DNA of 64,000 nucleotides, taken from IMG/VR virus record IMGVR_UViG_3300037041_001930; one strand, written 5' to 3'. A program made the translations under genes and the position numbers. The stretch is from a virus. Taxonomy: Duplodnaviria > Caudoviricetes. Numbering within the stretch: position 1 is the stretch's first letter; each line of letters opens with the position of its first letter. Below are positions 10,066 to 20,163 of the stretch, piece after piece. The notes below the pieces were generated by a model. The model made no database searches. It had not been told where the DNA came from and saw nothing but the letters and a program-made list of their open reading frames with translations.

Positions 10066-10714
10066 GGGATTCCTCGTCACGTAACACGGGTTCTAGGAGA
10101 TCATGGATCAGGGCGTCCAACTGGGAGCTCACATAACCATGGACCACTCTGACGTAGCCATGGTTGATCTTCTTGGCCCCGAAGTGGTCGACGCCATATA
10201 GGTGGACGTCAAACTCGCGAGTATCATGGAAGTCCTGGTCACGTAACCAGGACTCCAAGCTATCGAGGTCCACTGGTGGTATCAGTGCCCTGCGGAGGAA
10301 CTCGTCAAGTGGGATATTAGAACGTGTGTCGTGCGAAGGTGTCCCGATGAGAACCCCATATCGCTTATGGTGTTCTGCGATGTTCTCCATGACGATATCG
10401 GCGACGTGCTCCCATCCCTTCTTGGTATCCCGTGGGCGGTGGTCGTCGTAGACCTGCCAGGCCTCGAGACGGACATTGGGGACCCCAAACGTGGGGGTAA
10501 TCGCGAAGACTCGTGTGGTCGTCTTCTTGTTCGAGATTTGAGAAGTCACGATGTCATGCCGCAGAAATGCGGGCAAGTCATCAATGCACACGGGTGGGAA
10601 CAATGCCGCTGCCTTAATGCGATCTGGATTCATGTCCTTTATGGGCAGCTTGTCAAAGGAATCAATGACCACGGCATATTTCGTCAGGGGTTCTCGTGAG
10701 GTGTCATCACACAT
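10058..10714 (-). CDS. hypothetical protein
   Basis: MCDDTSRE with GAGG RBS. Confidence 0.65.
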   Translation of the reverse strand: MCDDTSREPLTKYAVVIDSFDKLPIKDMNPDRIKAAALFPPVCIDDLPAFLRHDIVTSQISNKKTTTRVFAITPTFGVPNVRLEAWQVYDDHRPRDTKKGWEHVADIVMENIAEHHKRYGVLIGTPSHDTRSNIPLDEFLRRALIPPVDLDSLESWLRDQDFHDTREFDVHLYGVDHFGAKKINHGYVRVVHGYVSSQLDALIHDLLEPVLRDEESHD

Positions 10715-10716
10715 GG

Positions 10717-11187
10717 TTAGGCCTCCTCGGTGCAGGGTGAACACGCGGTAACCTCGCCTTGGTCGACGCAGACATAGTAGGTGCCGTGGGTCTTATTGTG
10801 GAGATAGAACTCGTTGCTGACCCCGGTCTCGGGACCAGTCACGGTAGCCCACTTCGTCTTGTTCGGGGCTCCAGACGCCGAGCGAACCGCGGCGAGAGCC
10901 TTGTCGTAGTCCGATGACCCCTCGGGGGCCTTATCAAGGATCTCACGGGTGACTTCATGCCACTCCGAGTTCACGAATGCGAAGCACACCGCGTACTCAC
11001 AAGATGGACACTTGATGTTGGCCTTGTGTTGGCCTCGCTTTCCAGCGGTGCCCAGTGAACCCACCCCAATGGGTACCATGCCCCAAATCAGGGCGCCATA
11101 GGGTATCTTCGTGGTATGAATCTTCGGAAGCGTGCCGGGCTCAGCCCCCAGAGGTGGACGGCGGGGATCTGTATGCTTTTCAGTCAT
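10717..11187 (-). CDS. hypothetical protein
   Basis: MTEKHTD start overlaps upstream stop; CPSC motif. Confidence 0.6.
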   Translation of the reverse strand: MTEKHTDPRRPPLGAEPGTLPKIHTTKIPYGALIWGMVPIGVGSLGTAGKRGQHKANIKCPSCEYAVCFAFVNSEWHEVTREILDKAPEGSSDYDKALAAVRSASGAPNKTKWATVTGPETGVSNEFYLHNKTHGTYYVCVDQGEVTACSPCTEEA

Positions 11188-11518
11188 CTTCGACCTCTTC
11201 CTCGTCGGCGAGATCATCGCAGACGGCAGCACTGGTTTGTTCTTCGATGTCATCCTGGCAGGACGAGCACAACTTCTGCGCCTTCTCCTCGGGGATGAAC
11301 TCGCACCCGCAGGACTGGCACTCTGTCTTCACGTCCTTCCAAGCACAGGGGCAGCCGCGCTCATGACAGACCACCCCGTTGATACTGGCGAGCACACAGC
11401 TATCGCAGCTCAGGCTGGCAGCGTATTTATCCTTCATGGCGATTTGGGCACCTCGGATGGTGTCGAACTCCTGCTTGATCAGGCTACCATCCTCGTCGGT
11501 GTACGACGCTTTAATCAT
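11180..11518 (-). CDS. Cys-rich hypothetical protein
   Basis: CDSC..CHERGC, CQSC, CSSC, acidic tail. Confidence 0.6.
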   Translation of the reverse strand: MIKASYTDEDGSLIKQEFDTIRGAQIAMKDKYAASLSCDSCVLASINGVVCHERGCPCAWKDVKTECQSCGCEFIPEEKAQKLCSSCQDDIEEQTSAAVCDDLADEEEVEDD

Positions 11519-12236
11519 GTGGACTCCGTTTCTCCTTGCAATTATAGCATACAAAACTACGGGTATTCATGTATTCCATGAAACCATAACCCATGCGTAT
11601 CTCCAGGGGGTTAACGAACTCCTGTTTGCATTTCTTACATGTTATTGGCTTCCCGTTATACGCGTCGAGAGCCCATCTCACTGAACACACTGGCTGCATG
11701 CAGTCATAACAAACAAATAATCCGTCTTCGTAGTACCCGCGTTGGGTAGTGTTGGCACGTGTGTCCACTCCCCCGCAAACCCTGCACACCGAAGACAACG
11801 GTGTATCGCCTAGCCTAACGCTGTCGGAATTACTAACCCGCATCTCGAGCTTCAAGCCCCCTGCCTCAACCCAGTACGATAATATCGAACGGGTAATCCG
11901 CATAATTTCAACTTTCTTGGGCACAAACTTCCCGTAATACTGATCCCTCCAGCGTGAATCTAAGATAAGCACCCCACCCTCACCAACTATCGCAGGTAGA
12001 GTGGTTGGCTGTGGGCTGGCTGCGTATAGCTGGGTACCTGGCAATGCAGTGACAACCCACTTTGAAGTTTTTGGCGTCTTATATGAGTTACGCGCTCGAA
12101 CTGGCGCCCCAATGGCTATCTTAGCCTCTCGGTTAGTATTGCGCATCTCCTCGGCATGCCTATTCATTGGCTTGCTCGATGCGGCACCAAGGGTCGTGTA
12201 TTTTCCTTTAAGTAAACAAAAAGATGAGGAGTTCAT
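11511..12236 (-). CDS. low-GC protein with tandem C4 zinc fingers
   Basis: CRVC..CYDC and CKKC..CYNC; sampled 60-nt lines 40-53% GC. Confidence 0.6.
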   Translation of the reverse strand: MNSSSFCLLKGKYTTLGAASSKPMNRHAEEMRNTNREAKIAIGAPVRARNSYKTPKTSKWVVTALPGTQLYAASPQPTTLPAIVGEGGVLILDSRWRDQYYGKFVPKKVEIMRITRSILSYWVEAGGLKLEMRVSNSDSVRLGDTPLSSVCRVCGGVDTRANTTQRGYYEDGLFVCYDCMQPVCSVRWALDAYNGKPITCKKCKQEFVNPLEIRMGYGFMEYMNTRSFVCYNCKEKRSPHD

Positions 12237-12262
12237 ATAGGCTTCCCCTTTCTTTATTAGTG

Positions 12263-13969
12263 TCAGCTCACGAATGGTTTGACCTCTGGTGCACAGAAAA
12301 CGGCTTCTGGCACCCATGCGGACAACTTGAGACCCGCGAGGGTCCGAGTCCGCGATAACGCGACGTAGGCGAGGCCATGCCGGGAATCCCCGGGCATATA
12401 GGTAATCGACTTCATGTCGACCCAGGCCTTGTCCACGGTGGCCCCCTGGGCCTTGTGGATCGTCATCGCCCAGCCCAGGGACAACGGGAACCCCCTGAGG
12501 CTGAACTTGGGTTGTCCCAGGGGATCCTTGACCTCCTGGGTCACCTCGGTGACCTCAACGGTGGCACCGGTACGATCCATGGTGACCAGGATGGACACCG
12601 GGACCGAGGCAGGCTTCGAGCCAACCTCAAAAGGATTTGGCTCCGGGGTGTCATTAATCCTGGTGCCCCCGGCGACCCTGGCCTCCACGATGAGACCGAC
12701 GTCCCCGTTGACCCAGCGTTGCTCGCCTTCCTCGGAGTAGTCATTCATGGTGAAGACTACCCGGGCGCCAACACGGAATACATCGTTGTGGGCGAGACGA
12801 CCACTAGAGATCTCCCGGGCGATATCGGATTCCTTGAGAGCATACTTCTCCTTGATGTGGGTAGGCCGCGTATCTAAGTATTTGGTATGCAATCTGAACA
12901 GGCGGTGGCCATCGGGGTTATGGGTGACCCGCTGGAGGTTGTAGTTGTCCGCGGTGGCATTGGTGGCATAGAGCCGAATAAAGGCGTCATCAGATGGGGG
13001 TGTATCGACGACACATGCCTTGAAGACTTCCTCCACGCTGGAGTCAACTTCCCCTCTGCGAACCTTGTTGAGAGCTCCGAGGAATACTACCTCACTCTGG
13101 CGATGACACTCCGTGAGCTTGATGACGTCGGCTTGGGTGATCAGCTTGGTCGACATCGCCCAGGTGTCCTTGACCGGCGCGGCTTGCCCCCAGTCGCCAA
13201 CGATGACCAGAGACTTCCCATACTTCTGGGCCGTCGCGTAGAGATAGTTGGCCATGCAGGCCCCGATCATGGAGCCCTCGTCGATGATGATGACCTTGGG
13301 GGTCCCCCGCATCAGCTTCTCGAGCCGGATGGCATCCCGGGTCTTATTGAGCTCGCGATCATATGAGAACATGGCATCCACGGTGCAGCCACCAACATTG
13401 ATGGCGGCTTTACCCGTGGTCGCGCAGATCGCAGACGGGATCCGCTTGAGGACCTCGCGGATCACCGTGGACTTCCCGGTACCCGCGTACCCCGTGAGGA
13501 TGGTTACCGTGGCCCGTGTTGACGTCAGCTTGTTGAGTGCGGACTTCTGATCCGGACTCCAGGGGATCTCGGGCTCCTCGGGTTCATCGTCGTCGTCGAA
13601 GGCATCCCCTGCTCTGTTGTCACCCATCGATGGTGATGGCTTCGGCGCGGGGTCACAAAACGGGGAATCTCCTGGGGACAACGCTGCCGCCACGACCCGC
13701 TGAAAGGCGGCCTCTGGGGTAAGCCGTGGAGTAATCGGTGCCTGCAGTGGGTTTAGCGTCAGGGGATCGGCATGACTGCCCCCGAGTTCCACCACGGCGT
13801 CCTCGGTATCCGCGTTGACTTCACTTTCAATAATCGCGGTGATGGCCTCCTGGGACAGGAAGACCTGGTTGAACTGCCTGACCACCTTGAGGCGTCTGGC
13901 ATCATCATGGAGCCCGGGGAGGTCGAGTAACACTCCTTTCCCGGGGACTCTTGTGATTCTTGTGGGCAT
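12263..13969 (-). CDS. Pif1/RecD-like SF1B DNA helicase
   Basis: GYAGTGKS, IIIDEGSM, GDWGQ, CHRQ, FPLSLGWAMTIHKAQG, YVALSRTR. Confidence 0.92.
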   Translation of the reverse strand: MPTRITRVPGKGVLLDLPGLHDDARRLKVVRQFNQVFLSQEAITAIIESEVNADTEDAVVELGGSHADPLTLNPLQAPITPRLTPEAAFQRVVAAALSPGDSPFCDPAPKPSPSMGDNRAGDAFDDDDEPEEPEIPWSPDQKSALNKLTSTRATVTILTGYAGTGKSTVIREVLKRIPSAICATTGKAAINVGGCTVDAMFSYDRELNKTRDAIRLEKLMRGTPKVIIIDEGSMIGACMANYLYATAQKYGKSLVIVGDWGQAAPVKDTWAMSTKLITQADVIKLTECHRQSEVVFLGALNKVRRGEVDSSVEEVFKACVVDTPPSDDAFIRLYATNATADNYNLQRVTHNPDGHRLFRLHTKYLDTRPTHIKEKYALKESDIAREISSGRLAHNDVFRVGARVVFTMNDYSEEGEQRWVNGDVGLIVEARVAGGTRINDTPEPNPFEVGSKPASVPVSILVTMDRTGATVEVTEVTQEVKDPLGQPKFSLRGFPLSLGWAMTIHKAQGATVDKAWVDMKSITYMPGDSRHGLAYVALSRTRTLAGLKLSAWVPEAVFCAPEVKPFVS

Positions 13970-13986
13970 GGTGTTTCCTAAAAAGG

Positions 13987-14017
13987 AGCCCCCATGTGGG
14001 GTCACCACATGGGGGCT
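13987..14017 (-). terminator. intrinsic terminator-like hairpin
   Basis: Perfect 13-bp stem AGCCCCCATGTGG / CCACATGGGGGCT, 5-nt loop, followed by CCTTTTT on the minus strand. Confidence 0.65.
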
Positions 14018-14039
14018 GGGTTCTCATGAGTAACCTGGG

Positions 14040-14372
14040 CTACGCCGTCTGCACTTTTTGACTCTTCTTTTCTTTTGCGGGTTTAACCGGTATTGCGATA
14101 TCTGGTCGCGTGCATGGCGTGAGTCCTGCGGATAACAACTGTTTTTCCAGGCGAGATACCTCGGCCTGGGCGACGACAACAGCCCGTCTCGCGATTTGCT
14201 CGTTGCGTCCGGAAGTCCGGACATCTTCTTGAGCTCTGTGCAGGGCGTTTCGTAACTCGTCGGTTGCCTTACCTAATTTCTCGAGTTCAGCCTTGTGGGC
14301 TTCCGTGAGAGTTTGGATTCGACGGTCTTGCGCAGTTATCATAGCGGCTCCAAGGGCGTAGCCTATACCCAA
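14040..14372 (-). CDS. coiled-coil hypothetical protein
   Basis: 110-aa ORF, heptad-like core, basic tail; start uncertain (TTG). Confidence 0.5.
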   Translation of the reverse strand: MGIGYALGAAMITAQDRRIQTLTEAHKAELEKLGKATDELRNALHRAQEDVRTSGRNEQIARRAVVVAQAEVSRLEKQLLSAGLTPCTRPDIAIPVKPAKEKKSQKVQTA

Positions 14373-14389
14373 GTTTACTCAGCGTCAAG

Positions 14390-16498
14390 TCACCCGAGGT
14401 CCACGCCGAGTTCAAGGGTCGAGGACACCCCATGGGAATCCACCTTTGTGATCGCAATCTTTGATGCCTTGGGATCAATGCACACCGCAGTGACACTCTC
14501 GCGTTCTCGGAATGAACTCTCGAGCCCACACAACCTGAGGATGTCACGGTATGGCTTACCTATCTCGGCGACCCTGGCGATCTCGGTGCGGAACCTGGCG
14601 AAGTCAGCCTCAACATCTTTAGCGGCGTCGTCGTCAGAATCCCCTGAACTCCGTATTATGTTCGTCATCGAGGATTCAACGCTATGTGTTAGCGCGACGA
14701 CCTCATCCAAGGTGCCCATCCAGATACATTCTTGAACCCCCTTTTCATTCCCAGTATAGAAACTGAACGCGGGGAGCGCGAAGTCCTCCTGGCGCACCGC
14801 TGCCGATCTAATCGGGGCGAACTCGCTGAAGGACAGTGGAGTGTTCCCGGCATCCCGTAGGGGCTCCAGGACATCGTCTGACGCGGGATCTGTGTCGACG
14901 TCGAAGAACAGGATCTGACCCTTGACGCCGTCATCAAGACGGATGAAGGAGTTGACCCTCATGTCCTGGGGGCGCGTGCACCAACGATTCGTGGCGATGT
15001 CGGCGAGCTTGCATGGGATATCGATGACCATCAGGGCGACCTGGGCTCCATGTGGATCATCCATGCCATGGATGCCACGAACACTGACACAGACACCATT
15101 GGGGACCGCGGTTCCCGCGATGTCGTGACACCCCATTAATTTGCCCTCACGTCCCTCACGCAGCTTCCAGGACGAGAGGTCCGCAGGGAAGTTGAAGCGT
15201 ACGGAGACATCAGAGGCATCGGCGAGGCAGGAGTCGTCAAGACTCTCGATGAGAACTTGATTGTCTTGAGTCCGCAGGGCAATCATGGGTGCGAGTTCGG
15301 CGACACGTTCACCTCGGGGCAGCAGGGCTACCTCGAGTTCGCTGGAGTCATCACCCCTGGCCACAGGCCAGAGTACCTTGGGGGCCCCGATGTAGTGGGC
15401 ATAGAAAGCCTGGAATACCTCGGGTTGTAACTCGTGGTTGTCATCCCGAGACCGGTAGCAGACCTCAGAAAATGTGAGTTTCCCCTTCTCGTACTGGATG
15501 GCCCTGGTCTTAAACAGTTCCCGTAACTCGGTGACCTCAGACATGAACAGGGATTCGTAGATGCCCCAGATGAACTCCACGGTTTTCGCATCGAGGATCA
15601 GGGACCCACGATCCGGGAGCTTGGGGGTCACCGGGGCGGCGCCGTGATCGATGGCGACACACCAGCCGCGTGCCGACCGGATCTCGGGGGTAGTGTCGAA
15701 CTCGACGTCATCAAACTTGAAGTGCCGCTTGAGCTCGCGTGCATTCAGTTTGACCTGGATGCGCTGGCCATGCCAGATCACACCGAGTTCACCATCACCG
15801 GGGTAGAAGCCTCGGGAGCCCCCACCTGTATCACGGTAGATCTCGTAGCCCCGGAAATTAAATGGTTTTTTATCTGAGCCTTGCATGTGTTGAAAGCAAT
15901 CACGAAACGTGCGAACCTTGACCTGCTCGGGTTGTCCTGGTTTCCGCATGTAGATGTCAAGGGCGGCGTGGTAGAATGCGGTTTCCTCGACAACCCTGAT
16001 GACCTCGGAATCCGAGGGGATGCCATGGAGAGTGATCTCGACCCCCTCACAGTCCCAATGCGGGTCGATGTGGTTGAGGAGATCATCACGATACTCGGGG
16101 TCATTGAAGAACGCTTTGCCATGGATCTCTATGGTGCCGAACTTGGATACGATGACAGCGCGTTCTGAGAACGCGAGGGCGGCACAGAGCCCCATGCCCG
16201 CGGGGTCCTGCTCGCGTTCCACGCTGTCATCCCACCCGGAGACCGCGATGCTCAGGGCAGCACCGATGTCGGTGATCCCCTTGCCGTAGTCGCGAACAGT
16301 CAGTGTGGTGACCCCCGTGGGATCAGTGTCCACGCAGACATCGACCCGAGGGCGGACTCCCGTGGTTTCAATGGGCAAGCTGGCCCGATACGCGTTCTGC
16401 AGGATCTCGGTGACCGCGGAGCCAAAGTTGCTGAAGTATCGCGCAGCCTTGGCGAAGAAGTTGGAGGAAACATGAATCGGGGTCTGGGTATGAGTCAT
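14390..16498 (-). CDS. GHKL (HATPase_c/Hsp90-like) ATPase domain protein
   Basis: N-box EILQNAYRA, G1 RDYGKGI, G2 AGMGL in the first ~130 aa; long unrecognised C-terminus. Confidence 0.8.
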   Translation of the reverse strand: MTHTQTPIHVSSNFFAKAARYFSNFGSAVTEILQNAYRASLPIETTGVRPRVDVCVDTDPTGVTTLTVRDYGKGITDIGAALSIAVSGWDDSVEREQDPAGMGLCAALAFSERAVIVSKFGTIEIHGKAFFNDPEYRDDLLNHIDPHWDCEGVEITLHGIPSDSEVIRVVEETAFYHAALDIYMRKPGQPEQVKVRTFRDCFQHMQGSDKKPFNFRGYEIYRDTGGGSRGFYPGDGELGVIWHGQRIQVKLNARELKRHFKFDDVEFDTTPEIRSARGWCVAIDHGAAPVTPKLPDRGSLILDAKTVEFIWGIYESLFMSEVTELRELFKTRAIQYEKGKLTFSEVCYRSRDDNHELQPEVFQAFYAHYIGAPKVLWPVARGDDSSELEVALLPRGERVAELAPMIALRTQDNQVLIESLDDSCLADASDVSVRFNFPADLSSWKLREGREGKLMGCHDIAGTAVPNGVCVSVRGIHGMDDPHGAQVALMVIDIPCKLADIATNRWCTRPQDMRVNSFIRLDDGVKGQILFFDVDTDPASDDVLEPLRDAGNTPLSFSEFAPIRSAAVRQEDFALPAFSFYTGNEKGVQECIWMGTLDEVVALTHSVESSMTNIIRSSGDSDDDAAKDVEADFARFRTEIARVAEIGKPYRDILRLCGLESSFRERESVTAVCIDPKASKIAITKVDSHGVSSTLELGVDLG

Positions 16499-17109
16499 TT
16501 CAGAAAATCCTTGTGACTGAGGTGTATGGGAACCGGGAGGTCGTGGACACGAGCCACGGCCTTCACGGCGACCACGGGGTCATAGATGCCCTCACATGCC
16601 GAGAGGAGACCGTTGGCACTAACCCCGGCTTCAATGAAGTTCAACCACTTTTCGTTACCGGAACCCAAGGCGTAATCGACGACGTAGCGAGCCACCCCCT
16701 TGAGGTCCTGGAGACGGAAGGGTTCCGTGTATTCGACTTCGGTGCCAATCGCAGTCTTGAGCTTGATCGCAGAGATCCGGCGAAGCAGGGGGCGACACTC
16801 GTATTCACCGATCTCCGTCCACTTCCCGATGTCCTGGAGACACCAGGAGACCTCATTGGTGTCGATGAGGAAATGGTTGGATTCTGGATCGAACCATTCC
16901 ACCCAGTGCGGGTTATCCGTGTTACCCTGTGTGGCCTCTTCCAGGCAGGCCACGAAGGTCCCGGGATCCGGGAGTTCGACCTTGGTATCCAGCATGGCCT
17001 CGAGACGTAGAAAACACGGAGGCCAGGCTTCGCAGTTATCAACTCCTGCGATGTATGCTCGAAACTCCTCGAGGATACCACGTAGGGTTTCTTTTTCTTC
17101 GGGGGTCAT
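16495..17109 (-). CDS. hypothetical protein
   Basis: 204-aa ORF, ATGA overlap. Confidence 0.65.
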   Translation of the reverse strand: MTPEEKETLRGILEEFRAYIAGVDNCEAWPPCFLRLEAMLDTKVELPDPGTFVACLEEATQGNTDNPHWVEWFDPESNHFLIDTNEVSWCLQDIGKWTEIGEYECRPLLRRISAIKLKTAIGTEVEYTEPFRLQDLKGVARYVVDYALGSGNEKWLNFIEAGVSANGLLSACEGIYDPVVAVKAVARVHDLPVPIHLSHKDFLK

Positions 17110-17294
17110 GGGGTCCTCTTCTCCACGGTACCATCAAGGTAACCGTGGTGCCAAGTAATGAACTCAGACTCGAGGCCCTGACGCTCAATGAAGAGCGCCA
17201 GGGCCTCGATGAGCCCGGTTTTCGTGATGCCATCCACGGTGTCCTCAACCGCGGCGAGGTGGTCTAGGATTCCTGAGGTGGCGCCATCACTCAT
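17106..17294 (-). CDS. small hypothetical protein
   Basis: MSDGATSG with GGAGG RBS, ATGA overlaps at both ends. Confidence 0.55.
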   Translation of the reverse strand: MSDGATSGILDHLAAVEDTVDGITKTGLIEALALFIERQGLESEFITWHHGYLDGTVEKRTP

Positions 17295-19321
17295 TGGGTC
17301 CTCCAGGTCACCGCGGCGAACCGGAGGTCTTTGAGGTGGTGGATCTCGCATTTGCCATCATACGAGTTCAGTTGGCCGCCGGCGTCTTCACGGGCGACCT
17401 CATGACACCAGTCCAGCCAGTCCTGGTACTGCTTCGCATTGAGATCCTTCTGGGGATCCCATTGCTTGACATGGATCTTGTCATCTTTACCGATAAACCC
17501 ACGTGAACGCAGCCAGCACTGCTTGCCGTAGTCAGCGTAACCATTGTTGACCCCATGCGCAGCCAATGCGGCCACTGCGCCTTCAGGGGAGTATTCCTGG
17601 AGCGACGGCAACGCGATCATGACATATTTCTCGGGGCCATAACTGAAGGAGACCTCTGGCAACGGTTCGCCCTCGATGCCATCCGGGCTCAGGCAGCGGT
17701 GGAAGCTGTCGTTGTCGAGCTCGAAGCCATAACACTTCGTGATATCGAAGCGCATGGCGAGGGCGGGCTCAAAGGCTTCCTGGAAACCCTTGTGGCTCGC
17801 CTTGGGGAGTTCATTGGCGATGAACTCCTTGAGCTCAGTGGTGTCCCCAGAGAAATCATCGTACTCCTTGCGGAGTACCTCACATGCCTTGTCATATGGC
17901 AGGAAATTGCCGTCGTTATCACAGAGCAAGTGCATGTTCTCGGGGGGAATGACGAAATGGGCTTCCTTTACAGTGTCGAGATCACGCACACTGAAACCGA
18001 GTTCACCAAAGGAACCAATGGTGATGTAAGGTTTCGCGCCCCTGTGGTTGTTGGTATCACTGAGGATGTGAGGCCAGCCTGCCTTGGCCATGCGCTGGTG
18101 TTCCATGCGCTGGGCTTCACCACCGGAGACCAGGATACCCGAGCTGCACCAGATCTGGAGCAGGGACTTCGCAAACCTCACCATCTTGGGGTCCGCATGC
18201 TTGGATTCCGTGACCAAGGCATACGCATTGTTCTCGATATAGGTCCGCAGTGCCGCGGGATCCGAGAGGGCTTCATCCAGGGTGCCCCAGGTGATGAGAA
18301 CATCCACAATAGGTGAACACGTGAACTCATTGTGACCCCACCCCAGGAATGGTGGCATGTTGAACTTCCACTCCCTGACCAAGATCGGCAGCTTCTTCTG
18401 GATACGGGTGATGAGTTCCAAGAACTCGCGTTCATCGACGGCGTAATTCCGGATCTTCCTGACGGTGCCTTCACAGCCCCCGTGTTCCTCCAGGGTATTG
18501 ATCAAGAACTTCTGAATCGCCTCCTGGGTTTCGACGACCGCACTATGCGAGAAGTGCTGCGCAGTCCTCGCTGTGCACTGCAGGTTGGAAAGAATGAGCT
18601 TGAAATACTCGTTGGATTTCATGCCATCCGTGTACGCCTTGCTGTCACCGTACTTCATGCAATTCACGATCTCAGCGGAGACCCGGGCGACGTCGACTCC
18701 AGTGATCCCTGCTGGCGGGGTCTCGAAGAGATCAGCATGGGCTACGAACAAATCGAATGCACCCAGAACCGCCTTCTGCAGGAACAAGGCGATGTGATCG
18801 GTGGATGAAATGTCATGCTTCCAGGACTTGGTGGCGCAGTAGGACTCCCAGCGTGGGCGCCCCAGCCGGGCCAAGTAACCGGCTTCATAGGTGTTCATGG
18901 CGAAGGTGACCCATGGGGGCTGGGCCTGCATGGGCACGAGATCATGGGTACCCGAATGCGTGATACCCCCAATGCCGGCACATGCCTTGGCGAAATCGAG
19001 ATCAGACAACTTGAACACTGGGGTCCGGGAGACCTCACGGTAGAACTTCTTTTTGCCCACCTCCCGTGTGAGGATCCCGGGGATCTGCGTGGGTCGTGGT
19101 GACATCTCGACTTCATCCCAACTCGGGACTTCGATGGGCAGCGCATACAGAGAACTCGGGATCCAGACATCACGGGGTTCACCGTTGTCATTCGGGAACC
19201 CCGCGGGTGCCTTGGTGAACTTGACTTGATCCCATGAAAAAGCCGCACGGTTTCGTGCGGCTGTGGTCTGCAGGGCGTTGAGGCGGCGTGCTGCGGCCTC
19301 GATGATTTCAAGAGCTGACAT
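17291..19321 (-). CDS. large hypothetical protein (676 aa)
   Basis: Long ORF with GC3-biased codons; no motif recognised. Confidence 0.8.
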   Translation of the reverse strand: MSALEIIEAAARRLNALQTTAARNRAAFSWDQVKFTKAPAGFPNDNGEPRDVWIPSSLYALPIEVPSWDEVEMSPRPTQIPGILTREVGKKKFYREVSRTPVFKLSDLDFAKACAGIGGITHSGTHDLVPMQAQPPWVTFAMNTYEAGYLARLGRPRWESYCATKSWKHDISSTDHIALFLQKAVLGAFDLFVAHADLFETPPAGITGVDVARVSAEIVNCMKYGDSKAYTDGMKSNEYFKLILSNLQCTARTAQHFSHSAVVETQEAIQKFLINTLEEHGGCEGTVRKIRNYAVDEREFLELITRIQKKLPILVREWKFNMPPFLGWGHNEFTCSPIVDVLITWGTLDEALSDPAALRTYIENNAYALVTESKHADPKMVRFAKSLLQIWCSSGILVSGGEAQRMEHQRMAKAGWPHILSDTNNHRGAKPYITIGSFGELGFSVRDLDTVKEAHFVIPPENMHLLCDNDGNFLPYDKACEVLRKEYDDFSGDTTELKEFIANELPKASHKGFQEAFEPALAMRFDITKCYGFELDNDSFHRCLSPDGIEGEPLPEVSFSYGPEKYVMIALPSLQEYSPEGAVAALAAHGVNNGYADYGKQCWLRSRGFIGKDDKIHVKQWDPQKDLNAKQYQDWLDWCHEVAREDAGGQLNSYDGKCEIHHLKDLRFAAVTWRTQ

Positions 19322-19332
19322 GCGTGTTCCTT

Positions 19333-20163
19333 TCAGAACGGTGGAGAGTCATCGTCGATGCGGGACCAGAAGTCACTGAAAACTCGGGGAGGCGCATCGG
19401 GGTACCGTGTCTTGACTACGGCATCAACGAGTCTGCGATAGGTCTCCGCGGGGATCTGGGCTCCCTTGACTTGGCCGAGCACCTTGAACAGGAGCCCAGC
19501 GGTGTTCAGACAATCACAGAGACAGTAATCGATGACATCATCGATCTTTCCTGCCTTGACGAGAGCGCCGACATCGGAGCCATCGCAGTCCAGTTTTCCA
19601 GGGAGCCCGACGAGACGGGACCAGAAGTTGAGATCGCCTCCTGAGCGTGATTTACCGGAGAGGAAGACGCTGAGGTCCAGATGGGTGTCATTAGAGGTAT
19701 TTGAACTCCGTGGATCCTCCCAGGGCTTCAGGGCGAGGCCTCGGAACCACCAGGGCACCGAGACGCCATGCTTGAGTGCCTGGGCCTCCATCATGGGGAA
19801 ATCGAAGTTGTGGCCCCCGAAGGTGACCAGGGTTCGTGTGCCCAGGGAGTTCACGGCACCGACCACGGCACCCCAGAAGGCTTCAGTGAAGGCGCGATCG
19901 AAGACATGATGAATGGTCTGGACCCCGAGGAGTCTGAGATCCTCGGAGATCGCGAGCATGCAGGCGACCACGGGGGTCTGGAGACGGCCGGGGTAGAAAC
20001 AGTTCTCGGTCTCCTTGCAGATCTTGTCACCCACCCGGGCTAAGCAGGCATCGTAATTCTCGGCGACGAGCCCACCGGTCTGGGCATCCCGGGTGTAAGT
20101 GTGATTCGTGTTATACACTACAGAGTCATGCCGAACACTCTCGATATCAAGTACGAGGTACAT
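19333..20163 (-). CDS. PolB-related stand-alone 3'-5' exonuclease (DNA_pol_B_exo2-like)
   Basis: ExoI LDIES, ExoII GHNFDF, HLDL, KLDCDGSDV, ExoIII DYCLCD; GGAGG RBS before 20163. Confidence 0.85.
   Translation of the reverse strand: MYLVLDIESVRHDSVVYNTNHTYTRDAQTGGLVAENYDACLARVGDKICKETENCFYPGRLQTPVVACMLAISEDLRLLGVQTIHHVFDRAFTEAFWGAVVGAVNSLGTRTLVTFGGHNFDFPMMEAQALKHGVSVPWWFRGLALKPWEDPRSSNTSNDTHLDLSVFLSGKSRSGGDLNFWSRLVGLPGKLDCDGSDVGALVKAGKIDDVIDYCLCDCLNTAGLLFKVLGQVKGAQIPAETYRRLVDAVVKTRYPDAPPRVFSDFWSRIDDDSPPF

Noticed and set aside
14040-14372. Possible Rz-like spanin
   Set aside because: Hydrophobic N-terminus is short and depends on an uncertain TTG start; no endolysin, holin or nested lipoprotein nearby
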